Shown: positions 51,427 to 64,000 of the stretch, piece by piece | Position numbering within the stretch: the first letter of the stretch is position 1 | Layout of the letters: the number at the start of each line of letters is the position of its first letter | From: the human T2T-CHM13v2.0 reference genome, Homo sapiens | Assembly (NCBI RefSeq): GCF_009914755.1 | Contig: NC_060931.1 | DNA: 64,000 nt | Direction: 5' to 3' (one strand) | The notes under the pieces: generated by a model | What the model saw: only the letters and a program-made list of their open reading frames with translations | What the model was told of the DNA's origin: nothing | Databases searched by the model: none | Translations under genes and position numbers: made by a program

Positions 51427-53972
51427 TACCCCTGATACATCTGTGTGGCATGAAAGTGTATTGTAACTGCCTTGAGTTTCACTTGTATGATCAGGAAACG
51501 AAACACAGAGAGGAGAGAAAGAAAAAGAACACCAAATAATAAAACAAATTCTTTTAAAAGACGCTGATAGCGTCGGGGCATGGTTCTTTTCTGGGGTCCA
51601 TACAAACACGTGCTGTTCCTTTTCTGAGGAATCCTGTCAGGCTACAACCAATGGAGGAGCCTGTTCCGCCTGGGGGAAATGACTGCAGCTGGATCGAGCT
51701 TGATTTATCTGTTGTTTATATTTTTGAATTTCCTCCTTCATATCTTTTCCTGTAAAATTATCCATCTGGCTTAAGGTTATAGAAAGGGAGTGTTGATTTC
51801 TGCCATTTTTATTTATTTAGGTTGATTCTGTGAAGTAGCATGGTAGAGTAAATTGGGACAGAGCAGAAAATGGGGCTTGCCCACCACTCCACTACTCTCA
51901 GGAAGATTAGGGCTAAGGATGCTATTGTCCACAGCCCTGTAAATCCCCTGGACTCCTTTCTGATTCTGATTCTAAAACACTGTCTGAGGCTTCCTGCCAC
52001 AGTGGTGGCAGAACTATCTTCCTGCTTAAGATAGTTACATTGAAAGTCACACAGATGGACTTTCTGGGTGGCATCATCTGCTTTTTTTAGTATCCCTCAC
52101 CCACATTTTGATTATACTATATATTTTGAGCTAGATTGTTGTCACTTCAAAGGCATATTTGTAGATATAAATTAGCAAGGGATTTCATTCAGCCAAGTAA
52201 CAGAAGAGACACTTTGGCCTGAAACCTTTCTCCAAGATTACTTTCTTTACCATAAAAAAGTATTACTACATACTCTTGCATGTAGTAACCATTGGGTCTC
52301 CCACATGAAAGCCTCTAAATGAGGAAATCAGAATAAAGAAAATATTTATATCTGAATCACTTTGAACACAAAAAGGGGTGCTATACAAATGGATACTTGC
52401 ATTAGGGTTGCATTTGAATTGATGGCTGGTCACACTGCAGTTTCATTTTAGTCCATTCCTAGCTTGAGGAAGTTGCACCTAAAACCCAGACATGTTTATA
52501 AGGAACCTGTGCAGCCAGGCTGTCAAGAACTTAAGTTTCCTAAGAACGAAGCAAGTTCTCAAAATACCTCAGGAGCTTTTAATTAGTCCTCACAACTCTC
52601 CCATGAAGTAGGACATTTTTTATCTGCCTCCAAGCAAGTGGTAAAACATCTATTTGACTTAAGGTCACAGAGAGAGAGGGGGAGTGCCAGAGAAGACCAA
52701 AACAAGAACTGAGCTTGATGTGAAGCCAAGCCCTGTTAGCTCAACAAAGTCAAGGAGATGAGCACAGGGGGACTTGGCAGTGCAGTCGGTGTTTTTCACA
52801 GTGATGATAATACAGTTCAGCAGACAAGGATGCTAAATGTATGCCTTGTGCCTTTCCTTAGACTGAAGAGGCTCAGATAATGGGGTGGGATGAGGATGGG
52901 CCAGTGTAGGTGAAGAGGAAAAAGCAGAGATCAAAAGCCATGTGTCAAGATAAGCAGCAGGTAGAGAGAGAGACTGAGGCTGAATGTAGAAGTGATGAGG
53001 ATGGGGAGAGTGGGATAGAAAAATCCATCAGAAATAGATCTAGAAAGATGGAGGAGGAGATTTGATTGGCCTAGGAGTCAAGGTAGGAAGGTCGAAGTGG
53101 GTAGGTATGTGGCTTAAGATCATACAGACTATGATGCTTAGAGACTACCATGCCAAGGGTAAGAGTGGGAAGTTATTCGCCAAAGACTTGGACTCACATT
53201 CTTTCCCTGATGTAGATGTGATCTATCCCTCATGAGGGTTTTACTATTTTGTCTGTAGAAATATTTGCTGGCTTTCTTGGGGGTATAATGGAGTTTATAA
53301 TTCTCAGTGTGGAGAAATTATAGAAAGATTCTATCTTCAGCCTACAAAAGCTACCAGGTTACCCCTTCTCAAATCTGATTTAATTCTGTAGTGCTAATTT
53401 GATCTTCTCTTTAGTTGGGTCTAGATCTTGCTTGTGAAATCCTTTCCATTCTACCTGTGTTCTCCTCATTCTAACCATCATTCCCAGAGCTGTCCATGAC
53501 TGACTGACTTGCTTCTACTCCCTAAGTCTTCCTTCCCCTCTTGTCCTTGGAGCATCTATCTTGAAGTGCTTTTCTCCTCCTTCTCTGTCTTTTATCTTAA
53601 ACTCCAGTCCCAAAATTGTATTGCCTTTGTGTGTGAATCGTTAAATGAGTTTCCCGCTTCTTCATATGGAAACCAGGTCAACCACCATCTTGCTCGTTGC
53701 CAATGGATTTGGTATCTGGGGTATGTGGGGATGGAAGAAGTGGATATGCTCCCAAACCATTCTTTATTACACTCTCCCCACTAGTGTTATAAAACAGTTG
53801 CAACAAGTCTCACATCTCTAGGAAGATTATTTACAGTGTGACCACATAGCAAAAGTTTTCAATTCCTTTTTGAGTTAAGATAATAATAACAGTAACAACA
53901 ATAACAAAAAAACCAGCTAATCTTTATTAAACATTTACCAAGCCCCAGACATTGTTCTAAATGTTGCACATA

Positions 53973-54595
53973 CAGTCATGAGTCACTCAACAACAGGAAT
54001 ACATTTTGAGAAATGCATCATTAGGAGATTTTGTCATGGTGTGAACCTCATAGGATGTACTTACACAAACCTAGATGGTATGTATATTTGCTTTTACTTA
54101 TTTAGAGACAAGGTCTTGCTATGTCACCCAGGTTGGTGTGCAGTGGCACAATCATAGCTCACTGAAGTGTTGAACTCCTGGGCTCAAGCAATCCTCCTGC
54201 CTTAGCCTCCCAAGTAGCTAGGAATACAGGTGTGTGCCATCACTCCTGGCTAATTGTTCTTTACTTTTTTGTAGAGACAGGGACTTGCTCTTTTGCCCAG
54301 ACAGGTCTTAAACTCCTGGCCTCAAGGGATTTTTTGCCTCCACCTTCCAAAGCTCTAAGATTACAGGTATGAGCCTTTGCACCCAGCTCATATTTGTATT
54401 TACATGTTTTTTTAATATAAAAAACCAAATGTTCCAATGCCACTTCTGAATATCAGTCTTTTCCACACCTTGGTCTGCAATGCCAATATCCAGTGCCATA
54501 TATCAGGTTTCTATATATGCTCCATTATAATTTTATGGAACCTTCTTGTATATGCAGTCTTTCATTGACTGAAATGCAGTGGTGTGACATATGAA
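53973..54595. mobile_element. Tigger3-family element interrupted by an AluJ
   Basis: TA-CAGTCATGAGTCACTCAACAACAGGAATACATTTTGAGAAATGCATCATTAGG; inserted in a MIR. Confidence 0.72.
54091..54388 (-). mobile_element. AluJ
   Basis: Diverged Alu, minus strand. Confidence 0.88.
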
Positions 54596-54699
54596 TATGT
54601 TTAACTTATTTAATCCTCACAACCATCCTATGAGGTTGGTACTATTATCAGCTGCAATTTAAAGATGAGGAAACCAGGCCTAGAGGGCATTAAGTAACT

Positions 54700-55400
54700 T
54701 GTCCATAATGGCTAAAATACAAAATGATGGTGAAAGTATAGAACAACCAGAACTCTCACACTCTGTTGGTGGGAATTTAAAATGTTACCACCACTTTAGA
54801 AACCTGGCAGTTTCTTATGAAGTTAAACATATATTTACCATACAATCCAGCCTTTCCACTCCTAGGCATTTACCGAGGAAAAAGTCAAAAAACATGTCCC
54901 CACAAAGACTTGTTGTGAATGTTCATATTAATTTATGTTATGTTATGCTTTATGCATAACAGCAAACAACTCTAAACAACCCAGATGTCCCTTAACTGAT
55001 GAACGTATAAGCAAGTTGTGGTACGTCCACACAAGGGAATACTCTTCAGCCAATAAGAAAGAACAAACTTCTGATACATATAATAATATGGGTAAATATC
55101 CAAAGCATTATGGCAATCAAAGGAAGGCAGACACAAAAAATTATAGAATATGGGATTGTATTTATATGAAATTCTAGAAAAGACATATCTCTAGTGACAG
55201 AAAGTGGATGAGTGGTTTCCAGGTGCTGGGAGTCAGGAGGGGAGATTGACTATAGAGGGTAAGAAGGAGCTGTTTTGTTTCTTAATTGTGGTGATGGTCA
55301 CACAGCCATACACATTTAACAAAACTCATTGAATTATACATTTAGAATGGATGAATTTTATTACATATAAAATAAAACTTAATAAATCTGCTTTTAAGGA
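54700..55400 (+). mobile_element. Old L1M (L1ME/MC-like) 3' fragment
   Basis: CCACTCCTAGGCATTTAC, CAACCCAGATGTCC, TATGAAATTCTAGAAAAG motifs. Confidence 0.75.
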
Positions 55401-56639
55401 GAAAAATAATGCACAGCTCACTTAAAAAATAAATCTAACTGTTCTAGTTCCAGAGATGGAAGCAACATGCTCTCAGACTCTAGGCAAATCACCTCAATAT
55501 TTATGGCAACAATTTTCTTCTCTAACATGAGATTGCTAATAAAAGTCTAACACATGTAATTATTGTAAGGACAAGTTAAGATAATGAATAATAGATGAGA
55601 AAATAAGAATGAAAGAATGTCACTTTCTGGAATAGGACCTCAAGGTCTCCCAGAAAGTCCCTCTCCTCTACCCTATTCTGTCATGAGGAGGCTCTGCTCA
55701 AGATAAAGCAGCCCTTTGGTAGCTATCACATGATACTGGAAAAGTGACTCCGCCAACTCAAATTAATGCTTTCTATTTTAAGATGTGTTTATGGAAACTC
55801 CTAAGTCCGTCCAATGAAGATATATATCAAAATGAAGCAATATGAGAAGAAGAGATAGAGACATACCTAATTCTAAATTGTTAAACTTATTCTTGCAGTA
55901 TAACTAGCTAGCATGGTTTGTGGAATCAGACAGATGTAGATTTAAGATCTGGATGCACGCTTCTGAGCTGTGAACCCATCTCTAAGGTTTTTTCATCTGT
56001 AAAATCAGGAAATTGTGATGAAGTTTACATGAGATAAAGCATAAGAGAACTTAGTGTGATGCCTTGCATAGAAGAAGTATTTCATAATAATAATGATAAA
56101 TTACTAATTACTGAATTTATTATTATTACTGGGAATATTGCAACTGATAATTTCCAATTTAGTTTATGTATAACTTCTGCTTTATCATTGCTAAGAATTT
56201 TTTCAAATCAAATGTCCTGTGTCTAGCTTGCTATTCTCATTTGATAAACAATAAGTGTTTTAAGATTAAAGATGTGTTTATTCTAGGATTAGTAGGATAC
56301 CTGGAAATTACTATTGACTATTATTAGATAAGATACTCATTCTCCTTAGGCCTCAGTCTCCAGAGGGTAGAAAAAGTTGCAACCCGCCTTCTAAATTTTG
56401 ATAAGGATGTCATCCGTATTTAGGAAGCTGCTATCCACATTCTAACCCCTGAGAAAATTACTCCACAGGAGGAACAGTCTTGATGACAGATGTGTTTCTT
56501 CCTCAGTGATCATTTCTAATTTGATAATTTATTAGTTGATCTCCTCTTTGGTCTGAGATCAATAGAGCATTCCACAAAGCTAGGTTCCTTGTAGGCTTCC
56601 TGGAGCCCTGATGTCCTGATCCTCCTTCTATTCCCATAC

Positions 56640-56885
56640 TTTTTCTCCCCACATAGTTGATGGCAACTCCTCTGATTGCTCAGGCCTGAGTCCTTGAAGT
56701 CACTCCTGACATCTCTCTGACACCACATGTTCAATTTATCAGAAATCCTGTTGGCTCTGCCTTCAAATATGTCCAGAATCTGACCACTTCTCACCACCTC
56801 CACTGCTGCTAAGCTAGTGTGAGTCACTATGCTCTCTGGCCTGGCTGACTGCCACAGCCTCCAACCTGGTCTCCATGCCTCTAGT
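56640..56885. mobile_element. L2 fragment
   Basis: CTTCAAATATGTCCAGAATCTGACCACTTCTCACCACCTCCACTGCT. Confidence 0.7.
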
Positions 56886-56950
56886 ACTTCTATTTTGAAG
56901 ATTTTTGCTTTCTTTCTTTGTCTGTCAAAATCAAGTAGATATAGTAGTGC

Positions 56951-57318
56951 TGTTTTGGTCTATTCAGGCTGCTCTAACAACATACCATAAATTGGGATAG
57001 CTTTTAAACAACAGAAATTTATGTCTCAGTTTTGGAGGCTGGGAAGTCCAAGATCAAGGTGCTTTGAGATTTGGGTGGAGACACAACCCAACCATATCAC
57101 TATGCTATCCTGGAGAGGGTCCTCTTTTGGTTCATAGACAGCACCTTCTAGTTGTGTCCTCACATGGAAGAAGGGGGCAAGGCAGCTCTCTGGGAGCTCT
57201 TTTATAAAGACATTCATTCTGTTCATGAGAGAAGTGCCCCAAAAGCCCACTTTCACCTTAGGGATTAGGATTTCAACATATGAATTTTGCGAGGACAGAA
57301 ATACATAGACCATAGCAA
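56951..57318 (-). mobile_element. MLT1A-like LTR with a foreign ~35-bp insertion
   Basis: GGAGGCTGGGAAGTCCAAGATCAAGG..GTGTCCTCACATGG..CAGACCATAGCA-type termini. Confidence 0.8.
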
Positions 57319-57553
57319 GTATGTATTCTCTAGAAAAATGAGATTAAAAGGTTCCATAGTCTGTTAAACATATGAACTACTGAATTTTTTATCCTTATGA
57401 TCAGAGAAAACTACAGAATGTAATTTCTATTGAAAGACTAATATTAGAGAATTAACCAGGAAAAAAGCAACTCTGAAGAAAATTTGCAATTCATCAAATT
57501 GCTCCAGATTAATTTATGTTATAGAAGCAAACTAAATAAAAATAAGAATGATA

Positions 57554-57860
<307 letters not shown>

Positions 57861-58418
57861 ATTTAAAAAATTAAAATTACCACCTGATAAACTTATTACT
57901 TCAAAATAAAACAAATTTTATCTAGAATAAGATTAATATACTAATAAATATCCTCTGTAACCAGAAATGTGTAGAGTCACCTTCAGTAATTGTTTTAGCT
58001 AAAATTTATTGATTATTTTGGATCATTTCCAGTTCACAACTCTATTAATTCACAATTAGTTCTATAATTCATGATTATTACTATAATGTTTTTTATTTTA
58101 TTCTTTTTATAACAATAGTCTTATTGAAGTATAGCATACATAAAGTATACAGATTACACATCTGCAGTTTCAAGCATTTTTACATTGAAATCTTTTTGTA
58201 TTCTTTCCCAGTTACCACCCTCCCCATCAAAGGTAATTACTGTCTGACTTCTATTACCCTAGATTTTTTGTTTTATAAATTTATATAAACAAAATCATAA
58301 TAGTATACACCCTTTTGTGCCTGCCTTTCCCCCTGCAACATTATTTTTGTGAGGTTCATTCATGCTGTTTTGATGGTAGTTTGTTCATCTTCATTGCTGT
58401 TTAATATTTGGTTGCATA

Positions 58419-58457
<39 letters not shown>

Positions 58458-58903
58458 GATTTATATAATAAACCACTCCTAGGTTATACCTAAGAGAAAT
58501 GTATAGAATGCGCACCAAAGAAGAGGTTCAAGAATGCCCATAGCAACACTAGTCCAACTTAAATGTCTAGTCAACATTTTCTCCCATTCTGGCAGCTTGA
58601 CTTTTTATCTCTTAATAGTCTATGTTAAAGAACAAAAGTTCTGCCATATGCAGTGGTACATGGTTGTATTCCAGTTACTTGGGGTCTAAGGCAGGAGGAT
58701 GACTTAAGGCCAGGAGTTTAAGATCAGCCGAGGCAACATAGGAAGATCCCCCTTTTTTTTCCTAAAAAGAAAGGAAGACAAGTTCTTAATGTCAGTGTTG
58801 CCTGATTTAACAGCGTTTTTCTGTAAGACTAGTATATTTATGTCCTGCTTAAGAAATCTTTGTTTAAACCAAAGCCATTAATACTATCTAGGGGATAACT
58901 ATG

Positions 58904-59264
58904 TGTATTAGTCCATTTTCATGTTTCTGGTAAAGACATACCTGAGACTGGGCAATTTACAAAAGAAAGAGATTTAATGGATTTACAGTTCCACATGGCT
59001 GAGGAGGCCTCACAATCATGGTGGAAGGCAAGGAGGAGCAAGTCATGACTTACATGGCTGGCAGCAGGCAAAGAGAGAGAGAGAGCTTATGCAGGGAAAC
59101 TCCTCCTTATAAAACCATCAGATCTCACTGTGACTTCTTCACTACCACAAGAACAGCACAGGAAAGACCTGCCCCCATGACTCAATTACCTCCCACCAGG
59201 TCCCTTCCACAAAACATGGGAATTCAAGATGAGATTTGGGTGGGGACACAGGCAAACCATATCA
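58904..59264 (-). mobile_element. THE1 solo LTR within old L1 sequence
   Basis: TGTATTAGTCCATTTTCAT...AAACCATATCA; TSD CTATG (58899-58903 / 59265-59269). Confidence 0.9.
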
Positions 59265-60283
59265 CTATGCTATTCTCAAGAAGACTTATTGTTTTACCTC
59301 TCATGTTTACACCTGGAATACACCTAGAATTTTTTTTTATCATGGAAGATAGGGTCAAAATTAATTTATTTTCCTATATAGATATCCAATTTAACCAGTG
59401 CCACTTACTGATAAGACCATTGTTCTTCAGTATCATCTTAATCAACTGGTTTTAAATAACACTAACCACAGGAAGTAAAAGCTGAGAAAAATGTTCTTTT
59501 TCATCACTTATACTGTATCTTTTTGCTTATGTAAGTATCTGAAATCTATGGTAAAAGATTTCTCTAAAGTTTTTATTTTCTGCTAATGCAGACTAACCAG
59601 TCTTAAATTTTAATGATTCTTAAACCAAGGCGACAGCAAGGTCTGACTATGGTCTTGAGAAAGTGACTTTTATTGATTTTTGTTTTGCTTTTGTTTCTTT
59701 TTGAATAATTGTCAAGAAATAAAATGGATAAATGCTTAGGGTCAAATATTTTTCCCAAGATAAAGCATATTTTTGTTGAAAAAATCTGGACTTCTATATA
59801 AACAAAAAAGAAGCAGCCTAGTCACTGAAATGTAGTTAGCATCATATATCTGGAAGATACGTAAGTTTCATAAATTATTGAAATAATGTAAACATTTTTA
59901 AAAGTGTTGACTTCTAAGGTTCATGGAAATTGTACACTCTGCTTAGATGTCAAGAAATGTAACATAATGTGAAGAACACTGGACTTAGAGCCATGCTCCT
60001 GGGTTCCTCTTCCTGCTCTGCCACTAAACAGCTTTGCAACTCTTCTTCATTTTCTTCTTTTTTACAATTAACTGGGCCAGATCGGTAGTCCTGAATTCTT
60101 TTCCTGCTATGACTATGTCACACATGGTTCATCGTGCAGCCTACCCCTATGTGCTGGCATGGATCACAGTCTGACCCCTATTTATTAGTTTCATTTCCAG
60201 TTTTACCTCCACCTCAAGGAAGCTTTCCTGAAAGCAAGAAAATAAAAGGCTCCTGGGTAGCAATGCAGTGTCATTCTCTCTAA

Positions 60284-60565
<282 letters not shown>

Positions 60566-62025
60566 GTTATTACTCCTAAAAGCTTTCTCTTGGCCACATT
60601 AAGCTGAGAGCTTAGAATTGCCTATAACTCCTAATAAGTCTTCTTTTTTTTCCCCTCAATTTTTGTTACCAAAAAGACCTAGATATTATTGGCTTTTCTT
60701 GCAACACAAAGATGATTGCTGATTTTTCCAGCAGTCCTAAGGAAATGTGTAGTTTCTCCTATGCATTCTCAACTAATTCCACCTTGTGACAAAAGGCATG
60801 TATTTATCTGCCACGTGATTAAAGGTTAAAGATAAGTTTGTGACTATAAGATATAGTGAAATTAATTGACAACTTGTACCAACCATATGTCATTGAATCA
60901 AATACGCCATCAACTGTAAGATGAACCATCATTTTAAGCACAGCAAAAGAAGATGCTGTCAATTAAACTGTTAACATTACCAATTGTAAAATATGTCCCC
61001 ATTTAGAAAATATTAAAATGCATTACAAGTGTCTTGGAATCTATGAAATACAGTAATAATTATTTCTCTATCAAAATAATTTGTTCCATCATATCCAAGA
61101 AAAGATTATAGATATGAGCATGGTAGTCCCCAAACCTGGCTCTTAAACAGAACTACCTGGGGATTTCTAGTTTCCTCTTACCTGTTGTGTCAGAATACTG
61201 GGGAATGGGCCCAAGGAATGTATATGAAAATAAGCCAGCCAACAATTAAAAAAAAACACTCCCCACTTAGTTCTGATGGTCACTCATATTTGAAAACTAT
61301 TGGAACAGAGGAAGCCCATCTCTGATAATTGGCCTTACATCTCTATTATTCTGCTTCTGTTGCCTAATACCTAGAACCAGCAAAAGGGGAAGTTAATGGA
61401 AGAGATACCTGGTATGTTGCTGTTTTTTTTTTTTATCTTTCATAAGGAGAAAATGGATTGATGGAATAATGCTTTTCATATTTTTTGAAAATTGGAAATG
61501 TGAATTCTATTAATGCTGGCATAGATTCTTGGCAAAAAGTATAAAACAAGTATTAAGCAGATAGTTTGGTATTTTAAAAAAGAATAAGTTGATTACAAGA
61601 ACCATAAGATAGACTTGATAACAGCTAAATTAACCAATTATTTGTTTTTATTTTGCAAGTAAAATCACTAGGTTATCCAGGGATGATATAAATATAGTGT
61701 ATTTTAAGTGCTGCAAGGCATTTGACAAGCCTCCTGTGATATCCTTGAGTACCTGATGATGAAATATGTACTAGTTAATAGTAAGCAAATTCAAGTTTCA
61801 AGGCTGGGCAAATAAATAAAGCAAGGTTATATCCTTGGCCTTATCTATTAATAACACGTTTGTCCAACTTGAATATGGCCAAGGCTGGGAGGGCTCACTA
61901 GTACTAAAACAATTCAAACGGAGTTTGACTATATGATCTTGGCATGCCGGGATATTAGGGCAAAAACAAACCTTCTGTAATTGAAAACTGTGAAGTCTCA
62001 TATTTAGTTTAAAAATATAATTCAA

Positions 62026-62497
<472 letters not shown>

Positions 62498-63449
62498 CTA
62501 CAAGGAAACTTGCCAGCTCCCTTAATAGAATAATTTTCCAATTCTCCAGGCTTGGTCATGGACAGAGAGTCTCCAGATAGGGAGGGGCAGCTGGACCTCA
62601 CAGCTCTTGTCTTACCTTTTAAGAAACTTCATGGGCACCAACAAATTGCACCCTGTATATTCTTATTCTGGCACAGCCATAATTTAAGCAGATTGGATAG
62701 TCTTATGACTATAATTTAACTAAAGCCTTCAGGAAAATGGAGAGAATTTCTATATAAGAAGCATCATATACAATTGGCTTCTGGGAATGGCTTTTCTTAA
62801 TAACAGAACCCTAGCTGTCCTCTGGGTCCACTGTGGGTGTGACCCCTGCCCAGTGAGAGGGTTATATCTCCTTGTTAACTACCTGGTCTGCCTCCTTGTG
62901 CAGTGTCTATTTTCCCCATCACCCCAGAGCCCTCCAAACACTTCTGAAGACTCAGAGTAGAGTGAAGAACATGATTCTTTTTTTTTTTTTTCTCATTGTA
63001 GACTCTCTTCCAAGTTATAATTCGATTCCCAGGATTTATCTTTTTCATGGATAACTGGCACTGGGAGTGACTACTTCATTACAGTGAGACCTCAATTTCT
63101 ACTCATGTGGTTGGCATTACAATACACTGTGGCCTCATTAGGACAACTGTGTCATAATGCAATAGTCCAACATTAGTATGAGATACACACATGTGGGCAA
63201 AACAGGGATATCTTCTCCTTCAAACCATATTATTACCATATTATAATTTAATTACATTATATATCACATATAATATAATATCTCTCATTCTGTGGTATAC
63301 AAATTTCATACTAAAATGTTATATTCAATTCTGCATATCAAAACTCAAGAGAAACTTTGACAAACTGCTGTGGTTCCCAAAGTACATCTTAAATGTGGTT
63401 CCCAATCTGGTTCCCAAAGAGCCAGATTGAAAAAATTAGAAAAGAGAGC

Positions 63450-63901
<452 letters not shown>

Positions 63902-64000
63902 TTATATTTTTTCTAGATGGAGGTACTAAGACCACTTGGTATAAATTACAGGGAAGCAGACTTTGACTCAATATGATTAAAACCAAAAGCCATCAAATAC

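Overview
Primate (very likely human) genomic DNA containing the complete SPAM1 (PH-20 sperm hyaluronidase) gene on the + strand. It has non-coding exons 1 (~1993-2070) and 2 (26587-26698) and coding exons 30286-31239, 31712-31801 and 36199-36684, giving the 509-aa GPI-anchored form. An alternative 3' end (internal donor 36639 -> exon 46913-47011 -> terminal exon 47722-~48120) gives a 511-aa form. Both ends of the gene are built from retroelements. Promoter and exon 1 lie antisense inside the integrase tail of a decayed, nearly complete MER34-type ERV1 provirus (- strand; 5' LTR 9641-12034, PBS, gag-pro-pol, and an env clearly homologous to HEMO/ERVMER34-1). The alternative C-terminus is an exonised MLT1 LTR. 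The provirus carries nested solo LTRs, L1s, a Tigger3 element, an Alu and a COX6A1 processed pseudogene not visible in the ORF track. Intron 1 also holds a two-LTR MER4 provirus. The rest is typical Alu/L1/L2/MIR/MaLR/DNA-transposon sequence. Most ORF-track entries are spurious. Repeat subfamily names and protein/cDNA comparisons come from recalled sequences and need RepeatMasker/BLAST confirmation. I found no wholly new system; the strongest leads are TE-derived gene parts and local rearrangements.
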